This document shows, piece by piece, positions 28,461 through 36,028 of a stretch of 37,454 bases of DNA. Position 1 is the first letter of the stretch, and the number at the start of each line of letters is the position of its first letter. The position numbers were made by a program, and so were the translations under genes. The stretch spans positions 1 through 37,454 of the IMG/VR virus record IMGVR_UViG_3300020043_002031. One strand, 5' to 3'. Source of the stretch: a virus. Lineage: Duplodnaviria; Caudoviricetes. A model generated the notes under the pieces. It saw nothing but the letters and a program-made list of their open reading frames with translations. It did not search any database and was not told the DNA's origin.

Positions 28461-29419
28461 GCCAAGTACTTCATTCTCACCAAGTTAACCAAGTCAAGGT
28501 GGTGGTTTGGTGAGTCCTTCAATGCTTCGTGCAGGTTGTCTGCTAAGCGTTGAGCTTTGTCTTTGTCCATTGAGTCAATAGCCCAAGCCCATTCTTCAGG
28601 CGAAGAACAGAGTAGTCCAGTTTCTCCGTGTATAACAGTTTCGTTATATGGGATGATGTTTGAGGTAATGATTGCTGTCCTTGTAATGGCTGCTTCCGTT
28701 ACTTTAAGGTCACTCTTGCACAGGTTGAACTTATTGTCGGACAGCGGAACAAGACTCACATCTGTACTGCGGTACAGCTTAGCGTAGTTCCAGATGTCTC
28801 TGGGCGCTGATGTCTTGTTGTACTTCAGGATGTCATCGTACTCCATTCCCTTAACTCCATAGGTGTATACTTTCTTAAAGTCGTAGCCTATTTGCTTTAG
28901 GTCATTAAGGTGACCAAGAGCCCCCATATAGCCAAAGCGCAAAGCACCAAAAGGATATTTTCGTTGCTTGGCCCATTGTTCTTCGGTGTCGTCAATAGCA
29001 TTGTTTACAAATTCAATGGTTGCTGTCTTGTTGAGCTTACGCATTTCTTTTGCGAGATACCTTGATGGAGTCCAGATTACGTCAGCAATCTTGATTGTCT
29101 TCTTGATGTCTGGGCCGTAGTATACATCGTACAGGCCCTTCGCTGGGTTGTCTGTGTTCAGCTCCCAGTAGTCATCATTATCAAGGATTAAGCGTATCCC
29201 GTGCTGCTTGAGCATCTTGCTAAACTCCTTGTGTTTGTTCACAGATGCCTTGCGTGAGATGATTAGGTTGTCAACCATATCAAGATTCATATCCTTCAGC
29301 TCGTTGAGGGATTGAATCCAATGGAAGAATACGCCTTGTTGCGTGAGTCTTCTAAGTGGTACGATAAGGCGATGGTAGTTGATGCCGTTTAGACCATCAA
29401 TATGAACTACGTTAATCAT
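28457..29419 (-). CDS. Phage glycosyltransferase (GT-B / GT4-like)
   Basis: YHRLIVP, ILDNDDYW, ADVIWTPSRYLA, LVPL..NKFNLCKSDLKVTEAA, IIPYNETVIHGETGLL. Confidence 0.75.
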   Translation of the reverse strand: MINVVHIDGLNGINYHRLIVPLRRLTQQGVFFHWIQSLNELKDMNLDMVDNLIISRKASVNKHKEFSKMLKQHGIRLILDNDDYWELNTDNPAKGLYDVYYGPDIKKTIKIADVIWTPSRYLAKEMRKLNKTATIEFVNNAIDDTEEQWAKQRKYPFGALRFGYMGALGHLNDLKQIGYDFKKVYTYGVKGMEYDDILKYNKTSAPRDIWNYAKLYRSTDVSLVPLSDNKFNLCKSDLKVTEAAITRTAIITSNIIPYNETVIHGETGLLCSSPEEWAWAIDSMDKDKAQRLADNLHEALKDSPNHHLDLVNLVRMKYLA

Positions 29420-29631
29420 TCTCTGTGGTATTCCTTAATTGCCTCCCTTACTCCGCTTAGCTCTTCCCTTAGGGCTGTTTGATACTTTTGCAGGATTTTT
29501 TCTACTTGCTCTCGGTCGTGCAGGGGTCTTCCTTGTCCGTCGTGTAGTTGCTCGAACAGGTTTGTTGTCGCCTGATGAATCATCTCCGTCGCTAGGAAGA
29601 ACTGCTGTGATAGCCGCTGCTCTGTCATCAT
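29416..29631 (-). CDS. Hypothetical helical protein (71 aa)
   Basis: ATG start, protein-like composition, ATGA overlap with the glycosyltransferase start. Confidence 0.65.
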   Translation of the reverse strand: MMTEQRLSQQFFLATEMIHQATTNLFEQLHDGQGRPLHDREQVEKILQKYQTALREELSGVREAIKEYHRE

Positions 29632-30004
29632 CTCTTAGTTTGTACCCCCAGCAGCAGACCTTAGCTACGAACTCGTCTTTTCCGAGGTGATTATCAAATG
29701 TTGAACTAATTGAAGTAAAATACTTTGGAGTGTCATCATCAATGTAGCCGTTAGACTTAAGATAGTCCGCAAGAAACTTAATAGCCACAATGGTATTATC
29801 AACATCAAACCTACAATTGTACCTAAGATGTATACTAATCTTGTCAGCGTGAAAAGGGTCGTGGGCGTAAAGTGTTTGCTTAACCTGTTTTCCAAATGAA
29901 GACTTCTCGCCGAAGCGATTGCTCCAATGTTTCCCAGAATAGAGAGCGTTAAGACTAGGAGGCTTTGGTAGTGGGATTGTAATCTCTTGATAATCATCGG
30001 ACAT
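29435..30004 (-). CDS. rusA: RusA-like Holliday junction resolvase (core ends near 29640; long read-through tail)
   Basis: LPKPPSLNALY and RFDVDNTIVAIKFLADYLKSNGYIDDD match the RusA DxDN..K...D.L...DD motif. Confidence 0.7.
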   Translation of the reverse strand: MSDDYQEITIPLPKPPSLNALYSGKHWSNRFGEKSSFGKQVKQTLYAHDPFHADKISIHLRYNCRFDVDNTIVAIKFLADYLKSNGYIDDDTPKYFTSISSTFDNHLGKDEFVAKVCCWGYKLRDDDRAAAITAVLPSDGDDSSGDNKPVRATTRRTRKTPARPRASRKNPAKVSNSPKGRAKRSKGGN

Positions 30005-30008
30005 CAAA

Positions 30009-30016
30009 CAAATTTA
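30009..30016 (-). promoter_or_regulatory. Bacteroidota -7 promoter box (TAAATTTG), possibly leaderless
   Basis: TAnnTTTG on the minus strand, 4 nt before the ATG at 30004. Confidence 0.55.
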
Positions 30017-31861
30017 TCAAAAAGATGTGTTATAATCACCATTTAATTGAATATGCCCCGCAAGTTCTGTTTGGCCTAAGTGAGTTCCTAGTGGTGGGAA
30101 CAGCAATTGACCATTGCGAGTGCGGAAAGAAGTGCGTGCGTGATTCATCTCAAGAAGGATTGGGCTGTCCACTGTGGTGGGGTCTCCGCCTGTCTCCGTC
30201 TCACGAATCTTTCTCACGTGCCACTCCATAGTGCGCTTCATCTGAGGCACTTGGTGCTGAATCTTCCTGTGGAATGTCAGGAAATTATCGGCCCTGTTGA
30301 CCCACTTGCCGCCGTGTTCGCTGTCCTCTGCTCCCGGGGCGACAGGTAATCCATCGTCTCCCCTTCTGCGTGCTGCTTCAGTGATGGCGTGGGTGTTCAG
30401 CCACAGCGCTACTTGGTTGGTATTGGAGAAGGTAAGGAACTCTGATGCCGCATCGTAGTGGTACTCGTGTACTCCTGCTCCTGATGTGCGTGACATATCT
30501 ACACGTAGGGAGTTGTATGGGTCAATAAGAATACCATCTATCTTCTTGTAGTTCATAATCTTCTCGCAGTACAGCAGGATGTCCATATAGGAGAACACCT
30601 TGTTGTTGTTGATAAAGATGAAGTGGTCTTTCACCCACTCGTAGGCTTTCTTTCTTGTGAGGTATGGCATCTCCTTGATACTCCTATCGCAGGCGTACTG
30701 CATAAGGCGCATCTTGATTGATGCTGTCCTACTCTCACTTGAGTAGACAATCCACTTCCAATTGTGGCGAATCGCTGCGTTCACCATAAGGTGCAGCACC
30801 AATGTTGTCTTACCAATGTTGGAGTGTCCGTTGATGATGGTGAAGTCCTTCTTGTATACGAAGTGTCTATCAATGTCTGGGTGACCAGTGGTAAGACCAA
30901 GCTCAATACGGCCCTCGGCAAAGTCGTTAATCCAACGCTCATCTGAATCATCGGGGGCGATGAATGACATATCGCCATCCTCGAGCTTCATCTTGCGTGT
31001 TACCTTCTCCTCCTCGTTGACAATCTCGTGGATAGGCTTACGCTTTCCTTCTTCGATTCCGTCGGTGATTGTCTTCTTCGCTGAGTCAAGGCTGTGGACA
31101 TCTCTACGCTCAATTTCACGTAGAAGAACTCGGAACACCTCATCCTCCTCCATTCTGCCAGCAGCGATGTAGCCACCACAGAGTATTGCGGCTCTAAGTA
31201 GGGTGTTGTGCTTGTCTCCATCTGGAGCCCTACGAATCATCTGCGCTGCAATGTTGAGGCGATGGTAGTCTGTTGACTTCTCCATTTGCGTAACCTCTTG
31301 CTTCTTACGCTCGTATTCTTCGGTCAGTAGGTTTGAGAAAGGGACAGCCGTCTTAATACACAGGTCGGGGTCATAGGACTCGAAACAAGCCCTAGATTCG
31401 TTCTTTCCCGATGGGTCGATGACCAAGCCATACTTTGTCTCAAAGTACTTCTCAAGGGCTCTAAAGTGGTCTCTGTGGCGCTCTGGGAATGTGATGTTCA
31501 CCAGTGCTTTGATTCCGTCTCCCGATGGGCTCACCCATACGGCTACGATGTGTTGGTCAAGGCATAGGACAGACTTAACTTCTTCTACGCTTGAGAATGT
31601 GGTAACGTGGTCAATGTCAATGACAATGAGTCTGCTGTGCTCGGTGATAGCATCATCATTGCGTGACTCAAACACACCAGACCAAAGAACTACAGGCAGC
31701 TTTGTCTTGAGCTCTCGCTCTCCTTCTCTGATGAGGGTTACTCGCTCACTTTGCTTCCCGCTTTTGATTCGCTCAAGAGCCTGAAGTACAGTGATGTAGG
31801 ACGGCGCACCAACTTCGAAGACACTCTTGAAGATGGTTACTCTTTGGTCTAATGGATTCAT
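30017..31861 (-). CDS. Primase-helicase: VirE-N/BT4734-like primase domain plus DnaB-like (SF4) helicase
   Basis: LKTKLP..SGVF, IVIDIDH, VSPSGDGIKALV, ESYDP; Walker A GHSNIGKT, ILIDPYN, KIRETETGG. Confidence 0.8.
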   Translation of the reverse strand: MNPLDQRVTIFKSVFEVGAPSYITVLQALERIKSGKQSERVTLIREGERELKTKLPVVLWSGVFESRNDDAITEHSRLIVIDIDHVTTFSSVEEVKSVLCLDQHIVAVWVSPSGDGIKALVNITFPERHRDHFRALEKYFETKYGLVIDPSGKNESRACFESYDPDLCIKTAVPFSNLLTEEYERKKQEVTQMEKSTDYHRLNIAAQMIRRAPDGDKHNTLLRAAILCGGYIAAGRMEEDEVFRVLLREIERRDVHSLDSAKKTITDGIEEGKRKPIHEIVNEEEKVTRKMKLEDGDMSFIAPDDSDERWINDFAEGRIELGLTTGHPDIDRHFVYKKDFTIINGHSNIGKTTLVLHLMVNAAIRHNWKWIVYSSESRTASIKMRLMQYACDRSIKEMPYLTRKKAYEWVKDHFIFINNNKVFSYMDILLYCEKIMNYKKIDGILIDPYNSLRVDMSRTSGAGVHEYHYDAASEFLTFSNTNQVALWLNTHAITEAARRRGDDGLPVAPGAEDSEHGGKWVNRADNFLTFHRKIQHQVPQMKRTMEWHVRKIRETETGGDPTTVDSPILLEMNHARTSFRTRNGQLLFPPLGTHLGQTELAGHIQLNGDYNTSF

Positions 31862-32019
31862 TCTGATTCAATTATCGAGACAACATTCTTCCAATACTCG
31901 TAGGCCTTGTCGTTGGCCATATACATACATTGCGTAGCGTGCTTAAGGGCATCGTCTTTCCCGTGCATACGAATTAAGGACAGCGCCTTGATTGTCGGGG
32001 TAACTAATTGCTTACTCAT
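31858..32019 (-). CDS. Small hypothetical protein (53 aa), absent from the ORF track
   Basis: MSKQLVTPTIKALSLIRMHGKDDALKHATQCMYMANDKAYEYWKNVVSIIESE*; overlaps both neighbours (ATGA with the primase). Confidence 0.7.
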   Translation of the reverse strand: MSKQLVTPTIKALSLIRMHGKDDALKHATQCMYMANDKAYEYWKNVVSIIESE

Positions 32020-32482
32020 AAAACTCCTTGTGTATTTCGTTGAATATCTTTCGTGACATCATCTTACGCTCTGATGCGTTTAAGGATGGTAGAAGGCTGT
32101 CCTGCTCCTCGATGAAGTCAGCGAGTTTGAGTTTGTAGATGTTCATCCGCATCTCTGGTCGCATATCATCAACCTCAGTCTCTTGGAATACCTCGTTGGC
32201 GATTAGCTCAATGATGTCCACATACTTACGCATCTCTTGGTCTTTGACATCGAGAAGATTAGAACAGCTTGTAGTGCCGTGCATTACACTTGCGTGGTTC
32301 TTATTGAACACCGTAGCCATTGTAGCGTAGGTTATACCTCTTCTGCGCAACACATAGTATGATGCCTTCCTAAGGTTTACCACTACGCCCTTTCTTGTTC
32401 TTGAAAAGATGTCTACGTGGAAGTGTTCGGAGACAGCGAGTCCGAATGTCTGTATTCTTGATGCAGAATATTGAAGGTTCAT
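32012..32482 (-). CDS. DnaA C-terminal-like helix-turn-helix protein
   Basis: RTRKGVVVNLRKASYYVLR...ATMATVFNKNHASVMHG resembles the Bac_DnaA_C pattern (R..R...Y..R ... HxTVxH). Confidence 0.65.
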   Translation of the reverse strand: MNLQYSASRIQTFGLAVSEHFHVDIFSRTRKGVVVNLRKASYYVLRRRGITYATMATVFNKNHASVMHGTTSCSNLLDVKDQEMRKYVDIIELIANEVFQETEVDDMRPEMRMNIYKLKLADFIEEQDSLLPSLNASERKMMSRKIFNEIHKEFYE

Positions 32483-32558
32483 TTGTTTTTGGGTGTTGTT
32501 TTGATGGCGATGATTGCCATCACTATAAATAAAAGGGATAGAACTAACGTATCCATAG

Positions 32559-32632
32559 CACCCCTGACACGAATCGAACGTGTAACCGTCTCGTTAGAAG
32601 CGAGATGCTCTGTCCTATTGAGCTACAGGGGC
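32559..32632 (-). tRNA. tRNA-Arg, anticodon TCT
   Basis: Minus strand GCCCCTG TA GCTC AATAGGACA GAGC A TCTCG CT TCT AA CGAGA CGGTT ACACG TTCGATT CGTGT CAGGGGT G forms a complete cloverleaf; no encoded CCA. Confidence 0.93.
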
Positions 32633-32950
32633 TTTGTTTTTCTTGGCCTCGAGTTCCTTATAGATTCCTTGCTCGATGATTTCTTCGACGTGAATCTCTG
32701 CTCTTCTGATAATCAAGTCGGCTAACTCAAAACCTGTAAGCGTAGGCTTCAGTTTAGATGTTTGAACAAGTAGTACGTTGTCTCCCTTTCTTTTAGTTGG
32801 AAAGTAAATGACAGAGTATTCCTTGTCCGACATCTTGTCAAGAGTCACGACACCATCGGAAGAAGTGGCTTTCACCACCTCAAACCAATGCAGTTTCTTA
32901 GAAGGAGTAGAGGCGTAGAATAGGGGATATTCAATCTTGAGGATATCCAT
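32615..32950 (-). CDS. Hypothetical protein (likely start MDILKIEY at 32950)
   Basis: Protein-like portion of ORF 32615-33166; the upstream part overlaps the SSB-like gene out of frame. Confidence 0.6.
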   Translation of the reverse strand: MDILKIEYPLFYASTPSKKLHWFEVVKATSSDGVVTLDKMSDKEYSVIYFPTKRKGDNVLLVQTSKLKPTLTGFELADLIIRRAEIHVEEIIEQGIYKELEAKKNKAPVAQ

Positions 32951-32996
32951 CCCCCACTCAAAGCCTACGAGGTATACTAATGAGGACTCAAGGAGC

Positions 32997-33326
32997 TCAG
33001 AAGGGCAAATCATCACCAGCAACAGGTGCTTGTGGTGCTTGCGGTGCCACTGGAGCCGCGGCTCCTGACTGAGGGCGCTGTGTCCAAGTTGAAGGGTCAG
33101 ATACTTCGATGTAGTATGAGCCCTTTGCACTGCGCTTAAGGTCGAAAGAAACGAATGGCTTCTCACCTTTAGTAGCGTAGCGCTGGAGGTCGTTCATCTC
33201 AGCAACTGAAAGCGAGAATCGCATTGATACTCCTTCTTGTGGTTCAACGAATGTGCGTTGGCCTTCGTCCCACAACTTCACCGACTTAACGTAGCCGCAG
33301 AAGATTTTGTCTGTTTTGTTTTCCAT
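32997..33326 (-). CDS. Putative single-stranded DNA-binding protein
   Basis: Small beta-rich domain, P/A/Q linker and the acidic C-terminal tip GDDLPF typical of SSBs. Confidence 0.65.
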   Translation of the reverse strand: MENKTDKIFCGYVKSVKLWDEGQRTFVEPQEGVSMRFSLSVAEMNDLQRYATKGEKPFVSFDLKRSAKGSYYIEVSDPSTWTQRPQSGAAAPVAPQAPQAPVAGDDLPF

Positions 33327-33342
33327 TGTTATGAATTTTCAA

Positions 33343-33350
33343 CAAATTTA
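33343..33350 (-). promoter_or_regulatory. Bacteroidota -7 promoter box (TAAATTTG)
   Basis: TAnnTTTG 16 nt before the ATG at 33326, downstream of a terminator-like element. Confidence 0.65.
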
Positions 33351-33383
33351 GTTAATAACGATGTTAATAGCAAGGGTATTTCG

Positions 33384-33450
33384 AAAAAAAGAGGGGGCTA
33401 AACACCCTTGTTTGCGCCAACGCATTACACGTCAACGACTTCCCCCTCTT
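33384..33450 (-). terminator. Branched terminator-like structured element
   Basis: 9-bp outer stem AAGAGGGGG/CCCCCTCTT enclosing two hairpins, running into a T7 tract. Confidence 0.55.
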
Positions 33451-33751
33451 ATTCTTTGATGAATACTCCGTTAACGAGCTTACCCTTGCGTCCTTTGATT
33501 TCGTTGTAGGCTGTTTCTAAGCAATCCCAAGGGTTGAGTTCCAGTTGGGCGGACAGAATAATCAGCGTAACGAGGACATCTCCGATAGCGTCAATGGTCT
33601 CATCTTCTTTGTTCTTTGCGATGGCTGAGGCAAGTTCCCCTACCTCTTCCATTACCTTGAGCATTTGCTTGTTAGCGTTTTCACGTTCGATAAGGCCACG
33701 TTCGATAGCCCAGTCAATGACCTTCATCTCTAAATCTAAGATTGCGTCCAT
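33449..33751 (-). CDS. mazG: MazG-like nucleotide pyrophosphohydrolase
   Basis: WAIERGL...QMLKVMEEVGELA...IDAIGDVLVTLIIL...CLETAYNEIKGRKGKLVNGVFIKE, the phage MazG-like EExxE/DxxxD pattern. Confidence 0.85.
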   Translation of the reverse strand: MDAILDLEMKVIDWAIERGLIERENANKQMLKVMEEVGELASAIAKNKEDETIDAIGDVLVTLIILSAQLELNPWDCLETAYNEIKGRKGKLVNGVFIKE

Positions 33752-33906
33752 TATTGTTGTGTTTCTAAAATTAAACTAAGTGCATTGACGTATCCTTCCC
33801 AGTACTTGGCCTCGGTATCTCTACGGCTGTACAAACATACGTTGCGGTTGTATTGCGCCTTCCTGTATTGGTCGAGCAATAACTCTTTCTTTTTAATCTG
33901 TTCCAT
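33751..33906 (-). CDS. Small hypothetical protein (likely start MEQIKK)
   Basis: Coupled to the MazG-like start by TAATG; ends KYWEGYVNAL. Confidence 0.6.
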   Translation of the reverse strand: MEQIKKKELLLDQYRKAQYNRNVCLYSRRDTEAKYWEGYVNALSLILETQQ

Positions 33907-34189
33907 TGGGCCAGTCGCTATACTTGAGTCCATACATTACATTAAACATTCTCATCTCAAGCTCAGCGTAGTGCTTGGTGAACTTCATATTCTTTTGTAG
34001 GTACTCCATCCCCCACTCCTTCCACTGCTCTGCCTGAGCAACGGTCATAGTCCAGTCGGTGTACCAATCATCTGTTCGTTCCTTGATGTCGTCATAGGTT
34101 ACGTCGTGCCCAGCAATCTCAAACATCTTGTTGATGAGGTCTTCACTTGCCTTGTTCCACTTCTCTTGTTTCGTTAGTCTCTTTGCCAT
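33893..34189 (-). CDS. Hypothetical phage protein (likely start MAKRLTKQ)
   Basis: Protein-like sequence (DLINKMFEIAGH...WYTDWTMT...WKEWG); the upstream extension lies in a palindrome cluster. Confidence 0.7.
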   Translation of the reverse strand: MAKRLTKQEKWNKASEDLINKMFEIAGHDVTYDDIKERTDDWYTDWTMTVAQAEQWKEWGMEYLQKNMKFTKHYAELEMRMFNVMYGLKYSDWPNGTD

Positions 34190-34191
34190 AA

Positions 34192-34292
34192 TGTGTATTA
34201 TAATGCACAAAACTGTAACATTTTGTATAGTTTATCGGATATTATCCGAATTAGTGTACTTTATTGCACATATTTATACTCATAGTATAAAT
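34192..34292. repeat. Cluster of five abutting short inverted repeats
   Basis: 34192-34209, 34210-34233, 34235-34249, 34254-34269 and 34272-34292, read directly from the sequence. Confidence 0.75.
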
Positions 34293-34327
34293 TGAAGCGC
34301 ATTTTTAAACTTGCCAAAACTATGTTT

Positions 34328-34690
34328 TTATGGCACATTTGGCGAGGTTGGTTCAAGTAGAATCTCCCAGTAAGTTGTGTGGTCTTTGAACCCAACAACC
34401 TTGCGGTCGATTCCTGCGACCACAAGTGGGTAGTCAATGGTAATGTAAGGTCCACCGCTTGGGTCTACCATAATGATGTCGTCTGAGTCGTTGTCGTATC
34501 CCATTCGGCAATACTCAAAAGGCCCTCGCCAGTCTATGTTTCCTTGCTCGTTGAGCGAGAAGGTGTACTTATCTCCGTATCTGTTGATGTATTCTTTAGT
34601 CTGCTCCATAGGTATCTCAGGTTGTCTGTCTGGGTTGTGGCTACAACTTAGTTTGTGGTAGCCTTCGCCTCCGCAGGATTTGCATTTCAT
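34328..34690 (-). CDS. Hypothetical protein with N-terminal CxxC-H-C zinc-knuckle-like motif
   Basis: MKCKSCGGEGYHKLSC followed by an NRYGD...VDPSGGPYI domain. Confidence 0.7.
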   Translation of the reverse strand: MKCKSCGGEGYHKLSCSHNPDRQPEIPMEQTKEYINRYGDKYTFSLNEQGNIDWRGPFEYCRMGYDNDSDDIIMVDPSGGPYITIDYPLVVAGIDRKVVGFKDHTTYWEILLEPTSPNVP

Positions 34691-35157
34691 AGGTACTTCT
34701 TTTTAAGTATTTCGTCGTAGTGGTTCGTGTGTTTAAGGCTTGGATAACTAGTTGAACTCATCGGGTTTTTTTCTTTGCACTGAGCCACTCGCTGTTCCAT
34801 CGTTCCAACCGTGTCGTATCTGTAGTACAGCCAAGCCTCCCAATAGGCAGAGAGAGAGTCTAATGCTGGAGAAGAGAAGATGACGGCAAGCTGCCACTTC
34901 CAGAACACGAACGACCATCTTGGATTCCACTCGTGGCGATAGTCGGTGTCGCTCCATTTGGTCTTCCAACCAAGGTCAACGAAGTCAAATCCGAAGTACT
35001 TTGGTTTGAACTCAATCCATCCATCTTTCGTCTTAGACTTGACCTTGCGGCGAGGGGGGAAGTACGGAGTACCTACGACAATCTTACCGAAGTATATGTT
35101 TATACGTGGCCGCTTGAACGGTGAGTTGTATATCTTAAGGAAACTAAAGTTGTTCAT
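34687..35157 (-). CDS. Hypothetical aromatic-rich phage protein (156 aa)
   Basis: ATG with A/C-rich leader; ATGA overlap with the next gene. Confidence 0.7.
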   Translation of the reverse strand: MNNFSFLKIYNSPFKRPRINIYFGKIVVGTPYFPPRRKVKSKTKDGWIEFKPKYFGFDFVDLGWKTKWSDTDYRHEWNPRWSFVFWKWQLAVIFSSPALDSLSAYWEAWLYYRYDTVGTMEQRVAQCKEKNPMSSTSYPSLKHTNHYDEILKKKYL

Positions 35158-35181
35158 AGGGTTGTAAATGATTTATTGGAT

Positions 35182-35326
35182 ATGAAATAGAAGGAGTGGC
35201 TTCGGGTCTCTCAAGGTTTCTGGTTAGCCTGATTTCACCTATACTTAGTCTAAACCCTTTTTCAGTATAGTCACCTTTATCAGTGGTGTGCTAACTACAG
35301 CTTCACTCACCACTCCCTCATTTCAT
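35182..35326 (-). ncRNA. Candidate 145-nt multi-stem non-coding RNA
   Basis: No ORF; long closing stem plus three nested helices (GTTAGC/GCTAAC, CTGAT/ATCAG, CTATACT/AGTATAG). Confidence 0.45.
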
Positions 35327-35344
35327 TTGGCGTTAAAGAAAAAA

Positions 35345-35413
35345 GACTCCGTTAATCAGAGCGGTAGCTTGCCGCTTGCTGAAACCTAATGCGCCATAAG
35401 CGGGCGGAGTTCT
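35345..35413. repeat. Structured 69-nt non-coding element, copy 1
   Basis: 64 of 69 nt identical to 36449-36517; stems ACTCCG/CGGAGT, TCAG/CTGA, GCGG/CCGC. Confidence 0.85.
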
Positions 35414-35418
35414 CATTT

Positions 35419-35619
35419 CTACTTGTACTCTTTGTCAAATGAATCGCTCATCTCACGGGTGGTCAAATCTCCGTATTTAAAAGCGAAGTCAACCATCTGC
35501 TCCTTCTCTTTCTCAAGAAGTTCGCTCTCTATCTTTTTAACTATCTCACCGATAGGGTTTTGAAATGTTGCTTGGTAGTGCTTGCACAACTCAAGCAATT
35601 CTTGCATTGCTGTTTTCAT
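35419..35619 (-). CDS. Small protein, paralog P3 of the MKxTA...EKEQ family
   Basis: Starts at the junction-motif ATG (MKTAMQEL...LLEKEKEQMVDF). Confidence 0.7.
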   Translation of the reverse strand: MKTAMQELLELCKHYQATFQNPIGEIVKKIESELLEKEKEQMVDFAFKYGDLTTREMSDSFDKEYK

Positions 35620-35798
35620 TTCTCGTTCGGTTTGTAGTTTGCTGTAAAAGCGTGCCAATCAATATATCTTTTTGCATCTTCAATGGATGAGTGTGTATTT
35701 GTAAATCCCATCTGCACCCAAAATGGCCAATACCATCTCCATATTTGACATTCATATCCAAGGTATCGGTCGCTTACAATTCTATACTTTGTTTTCAT
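35616..35798 (-). CDS. Small Trp-rich protein X, copy 1 (60 aa)
   Basis: 56 of 60 aa identical to 36025-36207; ATGA coupling at both ends. Confidence 0.75.
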   Translation of the reverse strand: MKTKYRIVSDRYLGYECQIWRWYWPFWVQMGFTNTHSSIEDAKRYIDWHAFTANYKPNEK

Positions 35799-36028
35799 TT
35801 CTCGTTGGTGTTAGAGGTTTTTTTGAGGTGTTGCTCATACATATTTACTGTATCTGCCTGCCCAGTAGCATACCAATCAATCATTTGCTCCTGCTCCATT
35901 TCTCTGGCTTCATCAACTAGTTTTACATAGGTAACTGCGTATTCTCCTATGCTTATTTCTTTATTTTCTAATTGAATTTTAAGTTTCCAAGATTCATTTG
36001 AAAACCATTCTACTGCTGTATGTTTCAT
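35795..36028 (-). CDS. Small protein, paralog P2 (MKHTAVEW...AREMEQEQ)
   Basis: Junction-coupled; ends SNTNEK. Confidence 0.75.
   Translation of the reverse strand: MKHTAVEWFSNESWKLKIQLENKEISIGEYAVTYVKLVDEAREMEQEQMIDWYATGQADTVNMYEQHLKKTSNTNEK

Noticed and set aside
3148-31784. Numerous antisense and alternate-frame ORFs in the track (e.g. 3148-3525, 9091-9465, 10752-11159, 21721-22158, 26285-26782, 31419-31784)
   Set aside because: They are shadows of well-supported genes, with no initiation context and no protein-like motifs.
32500-32558. Theta ribozyme or fluoride riboswitch after the tRNA
   Set aside because: Only two simple hairpins are visible (GGATA/TATCC and TGATGGC/GCCATCA), without the required pseudoknots.
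34261-34455. 64-aa minus-strand ORF
   Set aside because: It overlaps the 34328-34690 gene out of frame and runs into the palindrome cluster; there is no sign of real coding.
35182-35413. Hammerhead, pistol, twister or hairpin ribozyme
   Set aside because: Partial words (CTGATAA, GAAA, TAAGCG, AGAAAC) are present, but I could not build a complete catalytic core with the required stems; a covariance-model search is still needed.
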